A stretch of DNA of 56,261 nucleotides from the IMG/VR virus record IMGVR_UViG_3300012953_006616, positions 1 through 56,261 of that record. One strand, written 5' to 3'. Source of the stretch: a virus. Taxonomy: Duplodnaviria > Caudoviricetes. The position numbers and the translations under genes were made by a program. A model generated the notes under the pieces. It did not search any database. It had not been told where the DNA came from and was given only the letters and a program-made list of their open reading frames with translations. Position 1 is the first letter of the stretch. Each line of letters begins with the position of its first letter. Shown here in pieces: positions 1-10,227 of this stretch.

Positions 1-332
1 ACAAATGCGTTGCCAGGTTTTATACATATTGTATGTAATTCTTTTTCACTTATATAATCTATATAAAGTATGCCTTCTGTGACTATCATAGTTTCATGTT
101 TATCAATATGGTAATGCATGGATGTGTTCATGCCTGGCTCAATAGTTAAGAGCTTACAACAATATTTATCATTGTTTTGAAAAATATGTTCTGAGCCCCA
201 AGTTTTTGAGACATATACTGGCACTACATTTCCACTGTCTCCCATTGAGCCTTTATTGTGGCCTGTGCGAGCCCGTACATAAAGTACAGGCTCGCAATCA
301 GATTCTTCTTTTTGTATTGTAATATCACTCAT
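1..332 (-). CDS. Cupin-domain protein (mannose-6-phosphate isomerase-like), runs off the left edge
   Basis: Not in the ORF track. Manual translation from ATG 332 (alternative ATG 245) gives ...VSKTWGSEHIF..CCKLLTIEPGMNTSMHYHIDKHETMIVTEG, with KxWGxE and cupin HxH-x4-E motifs. Confidence 0.75.
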   Translation of the reverse strand, partial: MSDITIQKEESDCEPVLYVRARTGHNKGSMGDSGNVVPVYVSKTWGSEHIFQNNDKYCCKLLTIEPGMNTSMHYHIDKHETMIVTEGILYIDYISEKELHTICIKPGNAF

Positions 333-357
333 ATTGCTTTTATACCATATAATGGTG

Positions 358-2868
358 TCATAATGTAAGCTCGCTGTCTTGATATTCAACGGCTTCTATT
401 TCTACCATTCTGCTTCCATTTATCTTTACTCTTCCATTAGTCTTTGCATCAATAAAATTTTCAGCTTCGCTCAAAGCAGTCTTTTGACATTTTTGATTAA
501 GCGCAACAGTATCAGTATTTAAGTCTAATACAATTTTTTCTTTATAGCCAGAAATTTTATTTTTTGTAAAGTGGAGAAGTAGTCTTGGATTTATTTTACC
601 ATCTTGATCTTTCCAAAAGATTTCAGCATGCTCTTTTCGATCATGCAAATCATTATATACATGGAAGATAACATTAGGTCTATACATTAAAGATCTTGCA
701 TCAGCAAGGTCATCATCAACAGGAAGCCTCATCTTGGATTGATCCATAGGCATATTTTTTCTATACTCTGCTGTGGCTATCATACATGCATGATACTTAG
801 TGACTAAAGATTTTTGAAGATTTGATATCTGAGTCATTCTTGATGTTGCATCCATATGGCTGAAGTCCATATAGTTGTGTGTATTATCACATATTAACAA
901 TATCTTTCTAGATGGATATCTTTGTCTATAATATCTTAAATTTTTCTCAAGGACAGAAAGTGAAGCTCCGTCTTCTGCATCAAGAATGCATAGCCTTTCT
1001 TCATTAATGATATCTCTAAACAAATCATCTGCTTGCTTGTATGCTTCCCTGTAGCTATCATCATCTGGAAGATAGGCGTGAGGTTGCACAAGCATACCAA
1101 TTGATAGTGTAATATCAGAAGGATTTACAATGGAATATAAATTTGATTTTATTCTAGGTTCTATCTGAGAATAGCTATCATCTGTTGAATGTATAATTAC
1201 CATTGCATTTGGATCTGACAGTGCAACGTCACAACCAAGTGCTAGAACTGTTGCGGTTTTACCGCTATTAGCTCTGCCACCAACATATATCAAGCAACCA
1301 TTTGTCCAGTTCATTCCACCTGACATAGCATTACCAAATTGTGAATAATAATCCATTTGGAATGTAGACATATTGCTATCTAGCTCTGATGCAGCTCTTT
1401 GCTCTTGAATGGCTTCGTATCTAGCTATCTGATAGTTAACTCCTATTAGATTTCTTTGATATTCTTTTTCAATATTTTGAACTTTATTTTCATACTTAGC
1501 CATTGATGCAATAATATTATCTGGATCTTCTGAAACTTCATGAACATATTGTTCTGTAGCACCGAGAAGTCTCTCTCTTCTTTCTCCAAATTTATTATTT
1601 CTCAAAGCAGAAACATCAGCAGAAATTGATTGCTGAGATATTGTGGTGAATTCTGAAAGAGTTTTAATTAATATCTCTCTCTTTATTGCAGCTGGTTCAG
1701 CAGCAATAGTCGGAACCATCCTTTGACATATAGAATCTGGAGAATCATTTTCAGATGCTTGTGATAACTGCCATTCAAAACCAGTTTTGACTAGTAAGTT
1801 TGTATAATTTTCTGGGTCAGAGGTATTTAAAAGATAGTCGTCAGGATCCTTTATGTAGTCTGTTATCTCTTCAAAAGAATCCGCAGGAGACATTACGACA
1901 GAAGCAGAAACGCCTGTTGTAACTTTTAGAACTGATTCAAGAACTCTTTGAGTTGCTAAATATCCGGCATTATCCCAATCGAAGTTAAGATAAAGCTTTC
2001 TTATACCTAGTGATTTTAACATTAGCAAATGATGTTCTGTAAAAGCTGTACCACATACTGCTACTGCATTCTGAATTCCCAATCTATAAAGTTGAGCTAA
2101 ATCTCCAGGCCCTTCCACAATATAAAGCCCATCTTTTTTAGCTTTATTAAAAGCAACATCTATACCGAGTAAAGCCTTACTCTTTTCATAGATCATTGTT
2201 TCTGGAGTATTTATATATTTGGACTTTTGATTCCCATCCATACCTCTTGCAATAAATCCTATCGGCCTACCTCTGGGATCTTTAATAACAAATGTTATTT
2301 TATCTTCTCCGAAATAAGAGAAGAATTTTGTTTTTACCATTAGAGATCTATTGACCTCATTCAGGTCCCATCCAAGTTCTGCTAGCTTTGATAATATAGT
2401 TTCTTCAGAGCAAGAGCCTATATCAAGGCCTTCTTGTATCCACTTCCTATTCTTACAATACTCTATATTTTCTGGCGAATTAGCCATCAATATATCTGCT
2501 ATATCTTGAGCAAGCTTATAAGATTTAAATCTTTCTTTATCTTCTCCAGTAGGCTCACCCATTTTGATTGGGATTTCCAGAGTCTTACATAAGCTAGGCA
2601 CTGTTTCAGTTATCCATTGAGGGCCACTTGCTGGTAGCCCTTCAATTTCAGCTGCAGCTGCAAATATATCTCCAGAAAATCCACAAGCAAAACATTTGAC
2701 TGTTTCGTTTTTGGCTTTTGGATTAAAATGCATACTAGGTTCATTATCTTCATGTGCGAAGCATTTTATTTTTCTAGCGTTAGCTCTAATTCCTAATTTA
2801 GCTACAAGATATTCTCTAAGCTTAGATCTTAGCAAAGGGATTATCTCATCGAGATTTGTGATATACAC
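358..2868 (-). CDS. DNA primase-helicase fusion (CHC2 zinc finger + TOPRIM + DnaB-like SF4 helicase)
   Basis: CFAH..CFAC zinc finger, KYINTPE, VEGPGD, FDWD TOPRIM motifs, Walker A GRANSGKT. Likely start is GTG 2868 behind GAGGAG (ORF track starts at 2928). Confidence 0.92.
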   Translation of the reverse strand: MYITNLDEIIPLLRSKLREYLVAKLGIRANARKIKCFAHEDNEPSMHFNPKAKNETVKCFACGFSGDIFAAAAEIEGLPASGPQWITETVPSLCKTLEIPIKMGEPTGEDKERFKSYKLAQDIADILMANSPENIEYCKNRKWIQEGLDIGSCSEETILSKLAELGWDLNEVNRSLMVKTKFFSYFGEDKITFVIKDPRGRPIGFIARGMDGNQKSKYINTPETMIYEKSKALLGIDVAFNKAKKDGLYIVEGPGDLAQLYRLGIQNAVAVCGTAFTEHHLLMLKSLGIRKLYLNFDWDNAGYLATQRVLESVLKVTTGVSASVVMSPADSFEEITDYIKDPDDYLLNTSDPENYTNLLVKTGFEWQLSQASENDSPDSICQRMVPTIAAEPAAIKREILIKTLSEFTTISQQSISADVSALRNNKFGERRERLLGATEQYVHEVSEDPDNIIASMAKYENKVQNIEKEYQRNLIGVNYQIARYEAIQEQRAASELDSNMSTFQMDYYSQFGNAMSGGMNWTNGCLIYVGGRANSGKTATVLALGCDVALSDPNAMVIIHSTDDSYSQIEPRIKSNLYSIVNPSDITLSIGMLVQPHAYLPDDDSYREAYKQADDLFRDIINEERLCILDAEDGASLSVLEKNLRYYRQRYPSRKILLICDNTHNYMDFSHMDATSRMTQISNLQKSLVTKYHACMIATAEYRKNMPMDQSKMRLPVDDDLADARSLMYRPNVIFHVYNDLHDRKEHAEIFWKDQDGKINPRLLLHFTKNKISGYKEKIVLDLNTDTVALNQKCQKTALSEAENFIDAKTNGRVKINGSRMVEIEAVEYQDSELTL

Positions 2869-3734
2869 TTCAACTCCTCTTTGTTTATGATTGATGTATA
2901 TGGTTTTTGTATTACTTGTTGACAACAATTTACAGCGAAATTAGTTGCCATTACTATTGATTCTTCACTGATAGGATTATCAGAAAGATAGGCAGCAACA
3001 GCTGCTGTAAATGTATCACCAGCCCCACAAGAACTTATTACTGGTGTATCAGGAGGCTGTAAAATATAATATGCATTTTTTTGAGTTGGCTTAAATATTT
3101 TAACTTCATCTGGGCCGTTAGTATTTAAAATCCAATCAAAGTTTTTAGCATATTCTTCATTATATTCATCGCCAGTTGCGTGCCATATTTTAGTAGAACA
3201 ATTTTTTATTAAATTTAAATTTAAAGTTTTATATCTTGTATCAACTATACAGAAATCAAAGTAAGGCACATTATAATTTTTTTTACAATTGACAGACCCT
3301 CTATTGTATTCAGATATGACTAAGCCAAGCTTTTCTATTTCCCTATACCTTTGCATTAGCGCTGCATGACTCCAAGATAGATTCCAATATGTAGAATTTG
3401 AAGAATAAAAATTTTGATTAATTGATTCTGGTGTTTCAGAATATTCAATTAGTATTTCATCATCAATAATTCTTGATATAGAATATATATTTTTATCATG
3501 TAAATATAGGCTTGTATCATCTACATGGGATACGAACCCAGATGAGGCAAAGGCGGATCTCTCGCCTCCCAAAAGGGAGACGAGATTTTTCCAAGTATTT
3601 AAAGCGCCACCATAAGTGCGTATAGTTTTTTCTACATAAAATCTTTTGTTAGTTTGTTTTTTAAAATGTCCATGTATCCATATATCTATAATTGGATCAC
3701 CTGTACATATAACAGCAGATTTAAGTGGTTCCAT
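2841..3734 (-). CDS. PfkB-family sugar kinase (HldE/RfaE kinase-domain-like)
   Basis: N-terminal GDPIIDIW..GGALN and C-terminal SSCGAGDTFTAA PfkB signature. Confidence 0.8.
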   Translation of the reverse strand: MEPLKSAVICTGDPIIDIWIHGHFKKQTNKRFYVEKTIRTYGGALNTWKNLVSLLGGERSAFASSGFVSHVDDTSLYLHDKNIYSISRIIDDEILIEYSETPESINQNFYSSNSTYWNLSWSHAALMQRYREIEKLGLVISEYNRGSVNCKKNYNVPYFDFCIVDTRYKTLNLNLIKNCSTKIWHATGDEYNEEYAKNFDWILNTNGPDEVKIFKPTQKNAYYILQPPDTPVISSCGAGDTFTAAVAAYLSDNPISEESIVMATNFAVNCCQQVIQKPYTSIINKEELKCISQISMR

Positions 3735-4899
3735 GTGGTGTCCCTTCTATGTAGCTTGCTTGCGTAAGAGGGATGAATACAACATTGTCTGGTTCTAAAT
3801 CATCAATAGATTTTAAACCTAGATAACTTATAGCTGAGCGCAGGCCACCTCTATATAAATCAAGGACTTCCTTTACAGGGGAAGTTGGTTTTATATAATC
3901 CGTGGTTGCGCCTTCTGGACAATTATTGCTTGTCCCAAACATGTCTTGCTGGAAACTTGCGGATGCTTGCCCTCTGTACTTTTTAACATACGAAGGTTGA
4001 GGTCTTTGTAGTGGAAAGGATACTGGCTTATTAATTTGATTTTTAATATGATGTATATCATTCAAATCTATCCAACCAGGACTTTCATAAACAGAAGAAA
4101 AGACACTTCCCATCATGATGCCATCAGCGCCAGCTGCAAGTAGCTTTACAGCGTCTCCTGGATGTTTGATTCCTCCGTCTGCTATAACTTTGAATCTTTT
4201 TCTTCTTTCTGGACCCATAGCATCAAGTATTGCTAAATGCACCAAGTAAACTGCTGAAAGCTGAGGCATGCCACAACCTGTCATAAGTCTTGTAGTACAT
4301 ACAGAACCAGGGCCAATTCCAACTCTAATGTCTGAACAGCCAGCTTCTATTGCTCTTACTGCTCCATTCGGATTTGATATACAGCCCGACATAATCCTAC
4401 CAACTAAAGGTGATTGTGATAGCTTGGCAGTAATTTGATGAGCCATTTGAGAATCGCCATGAGCAATATCTAAGCATATAGATACGGGAACATAATCATC
4501 TACTATACCTGATAGTTCTTGTAGCAAGCTGATCAATTCGTCATAATTTGTTTGACTAGCTCCAATTGCAAAGAAAACATTTTTATGTTTATAAAAATCT
4601 CTAAGACAATCTTTCCATTCCTGTGAGAGGAATCTACAAACTACCGCATACTCTCCTTCTTCAACTATTGCTTCTGTCATTTTGTAGCCAGTTACAGTAT
4701 CCATTGGAGATGTGTATATATATGGTTTTATTTCAGCTTCACTTCTAGATGAAAGTACTCCCAATTGAGGTGAAAGTATTAAATCGTTGGTAGTGAAGAA
4801 TCCTGTATCAAGCACATTTAAAACCTTATTTTTGTGCATTTGTTCTCTGTCAGTGGAATCGAAATCGACTCCCATTCGCCCTTGCTGTCTAGTATGCAT
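3721..4899 (-). CDS. IMP dehydrogenase / GMP reductase family protein
   Basis: SPMDTVT, DIAHG, RVGIGPGSVCTTR (catalytic Cys), IADGGI, YRGQAS. True start is probably ATG 4839. Confidence 0.92.
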   Translation of the reverse strand: MHTRQQGRMGVDFDSTDREQMHKNKVLNVLDTGFFTTNDLILSPQLGVLSSRSEAEIKPYIYTSPMDTVTGYKMTEAIVEEGEYAVVCRFLSQEWKDCLRDFYKHKNVFFAIGASQTNYDELISLLQELSGIVDDYVPVSICLDIAHGDSQMAHQITAKLSQSPLVGRIMSGCISNPNGAVRAIEAGCSDIRVGIGPGSVCTTRLMTGCGMPQLSAVYLVHLAILDAMGPERRKRFKVIADGGIKHPGDAVKLLAAGADGIMMGSVFSSVYESPGWIDLNDIHHIKNQINKPVSFPLQRPQPSYVKKYRGQASASFQQDMFGTSNNCPEGATTDYIKPTSPVKEVLDLYRGGLRSAISYLGLKSIDDLEPDNVVFIPLTQASYIEGTPHGTT

Positions 4900-5096
4900 T
4901 CGTGTACCTCTGCTTTATATACATAATTTTTAGTTTTATCTTCGATTGCTGCAGCTTTTATTGAAGCTATCAAAGGTATGAAATCGACGACCATTAGAGT
5001 GGCATAGTCTAACTGTAAATATGGACCATGCCATTCAATGTTATCGCCTATTTGGGTTTTTATAAGGAAGAAAGTTTCTAGAGTCTGTACTGACAT
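4818..5096 (-). CDS. Hypothetical protein
   Basis: Fills the gap between genes; ATG 5096 follows AGGA (ORF track start 5165 overlaps the upstream gene). Confidence 0.55.
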   Translation of the reverse strand: MSVQTLETFFLIKTQIGDNIEWHGPYLQLDYATLMVVDFIPLIASIKAAAIEDKTKNYVYKAEVHECILDSKGEWESISIPLTENKCTKIRF

Positions 5097-5103
5097 TTTT
5101 TTC

Positions 5104-6132
5104 CTAAAATTGTTTTGGTGTATTATCTTTATTGTAGCAAGTGTTTCTGAACGAACACTTATCACATTGCCAATCCCCTTTTACTACAGGTTTAACTACC
5201 CTAGCTTTCCCTTCTTCTATCTGCTTTTTTCTTTTCGCATATTGTTCTGTATCTTTCTTATTTAACTCTCCTCGCTCGTATAGTGTATCTATGCGTTCTT
5301 CGGAGTATACTAGTTCATAATCTCTGTCTGGTATATGACCTGAATCGACAGAGTTGGCAATCCATTTATATTGCTCTACTATTGAATCTATAGTTATTGG
5401 TGTTGTCACTTTTTGAGTTGTTATTGGGCTTTGACCTTCATAACATATATGATTCTTGCCGGTATCTGGATCTTCTTCTACTGTAACTTTATATTCTGCG
5501 TATCTTCCGGTATCTCTAGCTCCGTAAACTAAAAGGCTAGGGCCAAAGTTTTCATGACTCTTAGCATAAAAATAATCATAAAGTGCAAGTTGCATTAAAT
5601 GACTTTCTCTTGGCTCACCTAGTATTCCTTTTCTTCTTGAAGCTGGAGTTCCTAAAACATAGTTTGCGCCAAAACCATAAACTGATTTAACTTCTACTAT
5701 AGAGTATAAGCCTGTTTCTGGATTTAAAACTACAATATCTATTTTGCCAGATATATTTGCATCTGGCTCAAAAACTTGTAGCTGATCACCAATATATACT
5801 CCTGATTCTTTAGCTATATCTAAACAATAATCTTCATATAAGCAGCCCTGCTTCCATATCCAGCGAAGATATGTATCTGGCTGTATGTATTCTTGCTTTA
5901 TTTGAGTAACCATAGACTGATACATAGAGTACTTTTCATCATAAAATGAAAAGCAATCTAATAGATATCTAAAATAAGTTGACCTTCTGCACTTGCCAAC
6001 AAGAACATCCTCACCATGTTCATTAGAAGCTATACAAGATGCTTCAGATGGCCAGAGTGTAGGATGCTTTTTTTGGCCTAGCCTGGGCCTAGATATATAA
6101 TCAGTGATATGGTCTATAAAAGACCATGCCAT
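5104..6132 (-). CDS. Cas4-like PD-(D/E)XK exonuclease with probable Fe-S cysteines
   Basis: KCRR, GKIDIV..VEVKS, QLALY, C-terminal CDKCSFRNTC. Confidence 0.8.
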   Translation of the reverse strand: MAWSFIDHITDYISRPRLGQKKHPTLWPSEASCIASNEHGEDVLVGKCRRSTYFRYLLDCFSFYDEKYSMYQSMVTQIKQEYIQPDTYLRWIWKQGCLYEDYCLDIAKESGVYIGDQLQVFEPDANISGKIDIVVLNPETGLYSIVEVKSVYGFGANYVLGTPASRRKGILGEPRESHLMQLALYDYFYAKSHENFGPSLLVYGARDTGRYAEYKVTVEEDPDTGKNHICYEGQSPITTQKVTTPITIDSIVEQYKWIANSVDSGHIPDRDYELVYSEERIDTLYERGELNKKDTEQYAKRKKQIEEGKARVVKPVVKGDWQCDKCSFRNTCYNKDNTPKQF

Positions 6133-6134
6133 TT

Positions 6135-6590
6135 TTAATCCTGTTTATTTAGTTTTTCGTTAAATTTAGCTTCGAATTCTTCGTCTGTTGGGAAAACTGA
6201 TTGATCGTCAGTTCTCGCAGCTAAAGCTTCTTCGCTAGTTAGTTCTTTTTCAGTAGATTCTATCATCTCGTCTAAATTTATACTTGCTTCTATTCCTTCA
6301 GCTGCTTCGTCAAGGTCTGTTTGTCCTTGAGCTTTTAGTTGTTCTGCTGCTTCTTTCTGGATTTCTGCCCATCGATTCGCAGACCATTCTCCAAATTTTT
6401 CTAAATCTATATCTATGCCTTTTTCTTTAAGCTCTTCAAACAAGTATTCAACAAGCATACTGATCTGAAGAATCTGAGCGTTAGTTGAATCAGCTCTCAT
6501 TCTGAGTGCTGATAGAACTTGTACAAGCTCTTCATTAGAGAATTGTGGTGGTGTGCTTACGGGGTTTCCGTTTGCGTCTAATAGTGACAT
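6135..6590 (-). CDS. Hypothetical acidic coiled-coil protein
   Basis: 151-aa ORF translationally coupled to its neighbours. Confidence 0.7.
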   Translation of the reverse strand: MSLLDANGNPVSTPPQFSNEELVQVLSALRMRADSTNAQILQISMLVEYLFEELKEKGIDIDLEKFGEWSANRWAEIQKEAAEQLKAQGQTDLDEAAEGIEASINLDEMIESTEKELTSEEALAARTDDQSVFPTDEEFEAKFNEKLNKQD

Positions 6591-7669
6591 TAAAGTACTT
6601 CCTTTTTTGGTGGTAATTCGCTACCGAGATATACTACATGACTTGAATTGAAATCGGTATTACCGTTTTCATCTTGCCATACTACTGCATATCCATTCAT
6701 AGCATGCGGAAATCTTAAATCCGCCTTGTGTTGATAAGGTTGTCTAGCACACATTGCGCCTTGTTCTATTAACATTTTATTAAAAAATATTCCTTTATAT
6801 ATTCGGTGAGTATGCCCAACTACGATTGAATCAAATTTATCACTACCGAGTCTTTTTGTAAAATAGTTTAATAATTTTATAACTGTTGCACCAGGATTGC
6901 CACCTTGGTAGGCATCTGGATGGCAGAAGATTGTCTGCCCTAGCCTAACATACCAGCTGTCATACTGCTCATATATAACATTATCAAAATCTAATATTTC
7001 TACTATTTCACCATACTCATTTAATACCTCTCCATTTGCTATTCTTGCTAATAGATCTGGTCTCAATATTTGTGTAGCTTCTTTTTCAAAATCATTTCTT
7101 GATAATGTTTTAGCTGGCCTTCTATCATGATTGCCGGAAACTATTACGACATGCGGAAATCTCTCTGATAAAGTTTTTACTAGTTCGAAAGCACTAATAT
7201 ATTCTTTTAATGCACCCACTCTCTTAGCCCTACCATAAGTGCTAAAAGCGTAGCCATCCAGAATGTCTCCGTTCAATACAACTATATCTGCATCAGAATG
7301 CATTTCTATTGCTGCTTCTAATTCATCTTCAAGAGCCCATGGAAAGTGTATATCTGATAAAGATAGTATCTTTCTGTGAGGCTTTGCAACTATTCCTGTA
7401 TCATTGCGTTCTGCTTTCAGTTTATATTCTTTATTTAAAGATTTAATATATTCCCATCTATCTGTAAATGGGTCTTTATAATTTTTAACTGATTCTGTAT
7501 TTATATTATCTCTACTACATTTTCTTCTGATTGCATCTACTGTTCTAAGTGTGTGGTGTCCTGGTAAACCCTTTGTGTGCCTCCTTGAAAACTCTTCTGC
7601 TATTTCATTATAGCTATTTGTTGGTATCAGAAGTCTTAAAAGGTGTTCTTCCTCTTCATTCCATCTCAT
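6590..7669 (-). CDS. Calcineurin-like metallophosphoesterase with N-terminal helical (Myb/HTH-like) segment
   Basis: SDIH, NGDILD, GNHD, VGHTH motifs; N-terminus MRWNEEEEHLL. Confidence 0.85.
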   Translation of the reverse strand: MRWNEEEEHLLRLLIPTNSYNEIAEEFSRRHTKGLPGHHTLRTVDAIRRKCSRDNINTESVKNYKDPFTDRWEYIKSLNKEYKLKAERNDTGIVAKPHRKILSLSDIHFPWALEDELEAAIEMHSDADIVVLNGDILDGYAFSTYGRAKRVGALKEYISAFELVKTLSERFPHVVIVSGNHDRRPAKTLSRNDFEKEATQILRPDLLARIANGEVLNEYGEIVEILDFDNVIYEQYDSWYVRLGQTIFCHPDAYQGGNPGATVIKLLNYFTKRLGSDKFDSIVVGHTHRIYKGIFFNKMLIEQGAMCARQPYQHKADLRFPHAMNGYAVVWQDENGNTDFNSSHVVYLGSELPPKKEVL

Positions 7670-7671
7670 AT

Positions 7672-8907
7672 TTACTCCTTGTAAATGTCAATTTTGTTTG
7701 CTATCAATTTAAATCTTGGTTCTTCTTCTTCAACTTTTACTTGCATCTTAACTAGTTTACCTACATCTATCTCGTCTTGCAAACAAGATTGCCAGGTTCT
7801 AGGGAATACTGTAACATCTGCTATCGCTGTTGAATCATCAAGTTCTATAAAGGCCATTTTATGACCCTTTCTTGTAATAATTTTTCTTATATTAGTAATG
7901 ACTCCGCATATTCCAGTTGTTTCGCCAGTATATAAATTGGATATATCTGTACATCCTGAGTTAATTAACTTCGCGGGATGTACATCAATGTAGCAGCCTA
8001 TATAATGAGCTTGCTCCATTATTTCCTTCAATCCTATCTCAACTGTTTGGTTTCTAGACAGCTCTGGGAAGCATGGCTCTTCTTTTAATTTGAGCGCAGG
8101 CTTTCTGCGAAGCTTCATGTCTTCGTATTCCTTTAGTTCCTTTTCATATTTTTCAATTAAAATTAATAGAGCTGAATTTTCTGGTTCTTTTTTTACTCTT
8201 CTATTTAAAGTTTTAATTTCTTTTTTTATAGAATCTCTATGTGAGACAAGTTCAGAAACTTTTTCATTTTCTTTATCTCTTAAAATTATATCTATTTTTC
8301 TTTGCTCATATTCAAGTATATCTTTCATATAATTGTATAAGCTTTGAGCGTTATCAATTAGTTCTGATCTTATATAACCCATCTTATCGAAAGCACCAGC
8401 CTTAGCTAAAGCTACAAATGTTTTTGTAGTTACTTTTCTAAGATTTGTTCTATTGAGAAAATCTTGTATAGCTTTAAAAGGAACATTTCCCCTTGCAGAT
8501 ACTATTGATTTTGCTGCGGTCTTTCCTACGTCTCTAATAGCATTCAAACCAAAGTAAACTTCGTTTTCTTTTATAGAGAACTCTAAGTCTGATCCGTTAA
8601 CTGAAGGTGGATTTATTTCTACACCTAATATTTTCGCTTCTTGTATATATTCTGGAGCTTTTCTTGCCCAATCTTTTGGTTGCAAAGATTTGGATCTAAC
8701 TGTCATTAGAGAGCAGAAAAATTCAACTGGATAGTTACCTTTAAGATAAGAACTTAAATAGGTTAATACTGAATAGCTTACGCTGTGTGACTTGTTGAAA
8801 CAATTTGAAGCAAATACATTTCCTTGAATCAAAAAGTTGTGATATTGAGGTAAACCAATATCATATACTGGCTTTGTACCAGTACTTACACTATTTTTTA
8901 TTTTCAT
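7672..8907 (-). CDS. dnaE: DNA polymerase III alpha, C-terminal fragment (finger end, HhH, OB fold), preceded by the C-half of a split intein
   Basis: CFNKSHSVSY..YLKGNYPVEF, PPSVNGS, GLNAIRDVG, KAGAFD, OB fold MAFIELDD..VTVFP. Confidence 0.95.
   Translation of the reverse strand: MKIKNSVSTGTKPVYDIGLPQYHNFLIQGNVFASNCFNKSHSVSYSVLTYLSSYLKGNYPVEFFCSLMTVRSKSLQPKDWARKAPEYIQEAKILGVEINPPSVNGSDLEFSIKENEVYFGLNAIRDVGKTAAKSIVSARGNVPFKAIQDFLNRTNLRKVTTKTFVALAKAGAFDKMGYIRSELIDNAQSLYNYMKDILEYEQRKIDIILRDKENEKVSELVSHRDSIKKEIKTLNRRVKKEPENSALLILIEKYEKELKEYEDMKLRRKPALKLKEEPCFPELSRNQTVEIGLKEIMEQAHYIGCYIDVHPAKLINSGCTDISNLYTGETTGICGVITNIRKIITRKGHKMAFIELDDSTAIADVTVFPRTWQSCLQDEIDVGKLVKMQVKVEEEEPRFKLIANKIDIYKE
8803..8907 (-). 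mobile_element. Split intein C-fragment (IntC, 35 aa)
   Basis: MKIKNSVSTGTKPVYDIGLPQYHNFLIQGNVFASN|CFN: block F VYDI..HNF, terminal Asn, Cys+1. Confidence 0.95.
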
Positions 8908-8908
8908 T

Positions 8909-9226
8909 TTATTTTATAATTTTTTGTTCCCATAAAGCTTGTTGAAGAGATGTATTTACCTTTGCATTTGCAGAAGATAAATTTGTATCTACTTCTGAGA
9001 ATTCGCTTCCCAGCTTTTCTATGTCCTCGTTTTGTAAACATTCGATTAGGACAAATTGGAATTCTCCATTGTTATCTTGTGCGGGAACAAATGAGAGTGA
9101 ATATTGTTCAATATTATCTGGGTTAATATTGAGTCGTCTTAAAAAATCTACGACCATTACTTCTTCTGGATGAACATCATCTAAAACATATTCTAGAGAT
9201 GCAATCAATCGACTATCGTCGGACAT
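8909..9226 (-). CDS. Hypothetical protein
   Basis: 105-aa ORF, tightly packed. Confidence 0.65.
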   Translation of the reverse strand: MSDDSRLIASLEYVLDDVHPEEVMVVDFLRRLNINPDNIEQYSLSFVPAQDNNGEFQFVLIECLQNEDIEKLGSEFSEVDTNLSSANAKVNTSLQQALWEQKIIK

Positions 9227-9230
9227 TAAC

Positions 9231-10226
9231 TTACTCCGTTAATTTTACAGGTATCATACCTTTTATCATTACGTGTGATCCTGGGTCTAAATAATAATTA
9301 AATTTAATTATATTTGGTTCTAAAAACCAGTAGTCTCCATTACCTTTTGAGCCTATCTCCATTAAAACACTATCTACTACTACTGTTGAGGTTACCGGTA
9401 TAATTGGTTGGTCTAATTGTAATTCGTCTATATCGCAATCAGTAATATCTGTTTCAACAATTGTCCAGTTTTGCCCTTGTATTATTTGGTCTAATACTTT
9501 TCCAATAGTTTGAATGTATTGCTGTTGTTCTTGAATTACTTTATTATTGCTATTTATTGCTTCAATTAAAATTTTATTTTGTTTTGAATTTTCAGCTTCA
9601 AGACGTTCAAATGTTTTTCCTACTTCTTGAAAGTTTTCTATTGTTTGAACGAAAAGAGCTTGGACTCTTTCAGATTCAACGAAATCTTTAGCTACATCAA
9701 GATATGAAATACCAGTTTCTTCGTCTTGTTTTAGTGTTAAATTATCTGTATTATATACAAACATCAACCCATCAGCTGTTGATAGTAGTGGGGATTGCTG
9801 CGCAACAACAACGCCAAGCTTTTTATTTTCTCCAAAGAAACCTAAACTGCTATCTATGTCAATACATAAGTCATTGCCATGAATGGTTAAGCCTGCTGAA
9901 GAATCAATTATATTTTTTAAATCTTGGAGTTCCCTTGGCCGAGCTGCACCAGCAGCTATATCTTCAGCTGTAGCTGACTTGTACCATTTGAATGTAGAGT
10001 CTGTTCTTTTTGAAAAGTTGTAACCATGTTTTTGATCTTGAATAAAGACGGCTGCATTTTCAGGATATTCCTGTTGAACCCATTCTCCACCAATCCATTC
10101 TAATATATTATTTATATACTTTCCTTTTGACATTAATACTCTATCGCCTTCTTTTGGATTTCCGGGTAGAGTATCGCTTAAGGTATCTACTGGCTTCAAC
10201 CAGGTTGCTCCTTTAGTCATTATCAT
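9231..10226 (-). CDS. Putative virion structural protein
   Basis: N-terminal P..GDR..ILEW.GGEW module, central coiled coil, C-terminal beta-rich domain (VVVDS..DY..NIIKF) shared with neighbours. Confidence 0.55.
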   Translation of the reverse strand: MIMTKGATWLKPVDTLSDTLPGNPKEGDRVLMSKGKYINNILEWIGGEWVQQEYPENAAVFIQDQKHGYNFSKRTDSTFKWYKSATAEDIAAGAARPRELQDLKNIIDSSAGLTIHGNDLCIDIDSSLGFFGENKKLGVVVAQQSPLLSTADGLMFVYNTDNLTLKQDEETGISYLDVAKDFVESERVQALFVQTIENFQEVGKTFERLEAENSKQNKILIEAINSNNKVIQEQQQYIQTIGKVLDQIIQGQNWTIVETDITDCDIDELQLDQPIIPVTSTVVVDSVLMEIGSKGNGDYWFLEPNIIKFNYYLDPGSHVMIKGMIPVKLTE

Positions 10227-10227
10227 T

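Noticed and set aside
5104-6132. CRISPR-Cas locus
   Set aside because: Only a solo Cas4-like gene; I saw no repeat-spacer array or other cas genes.
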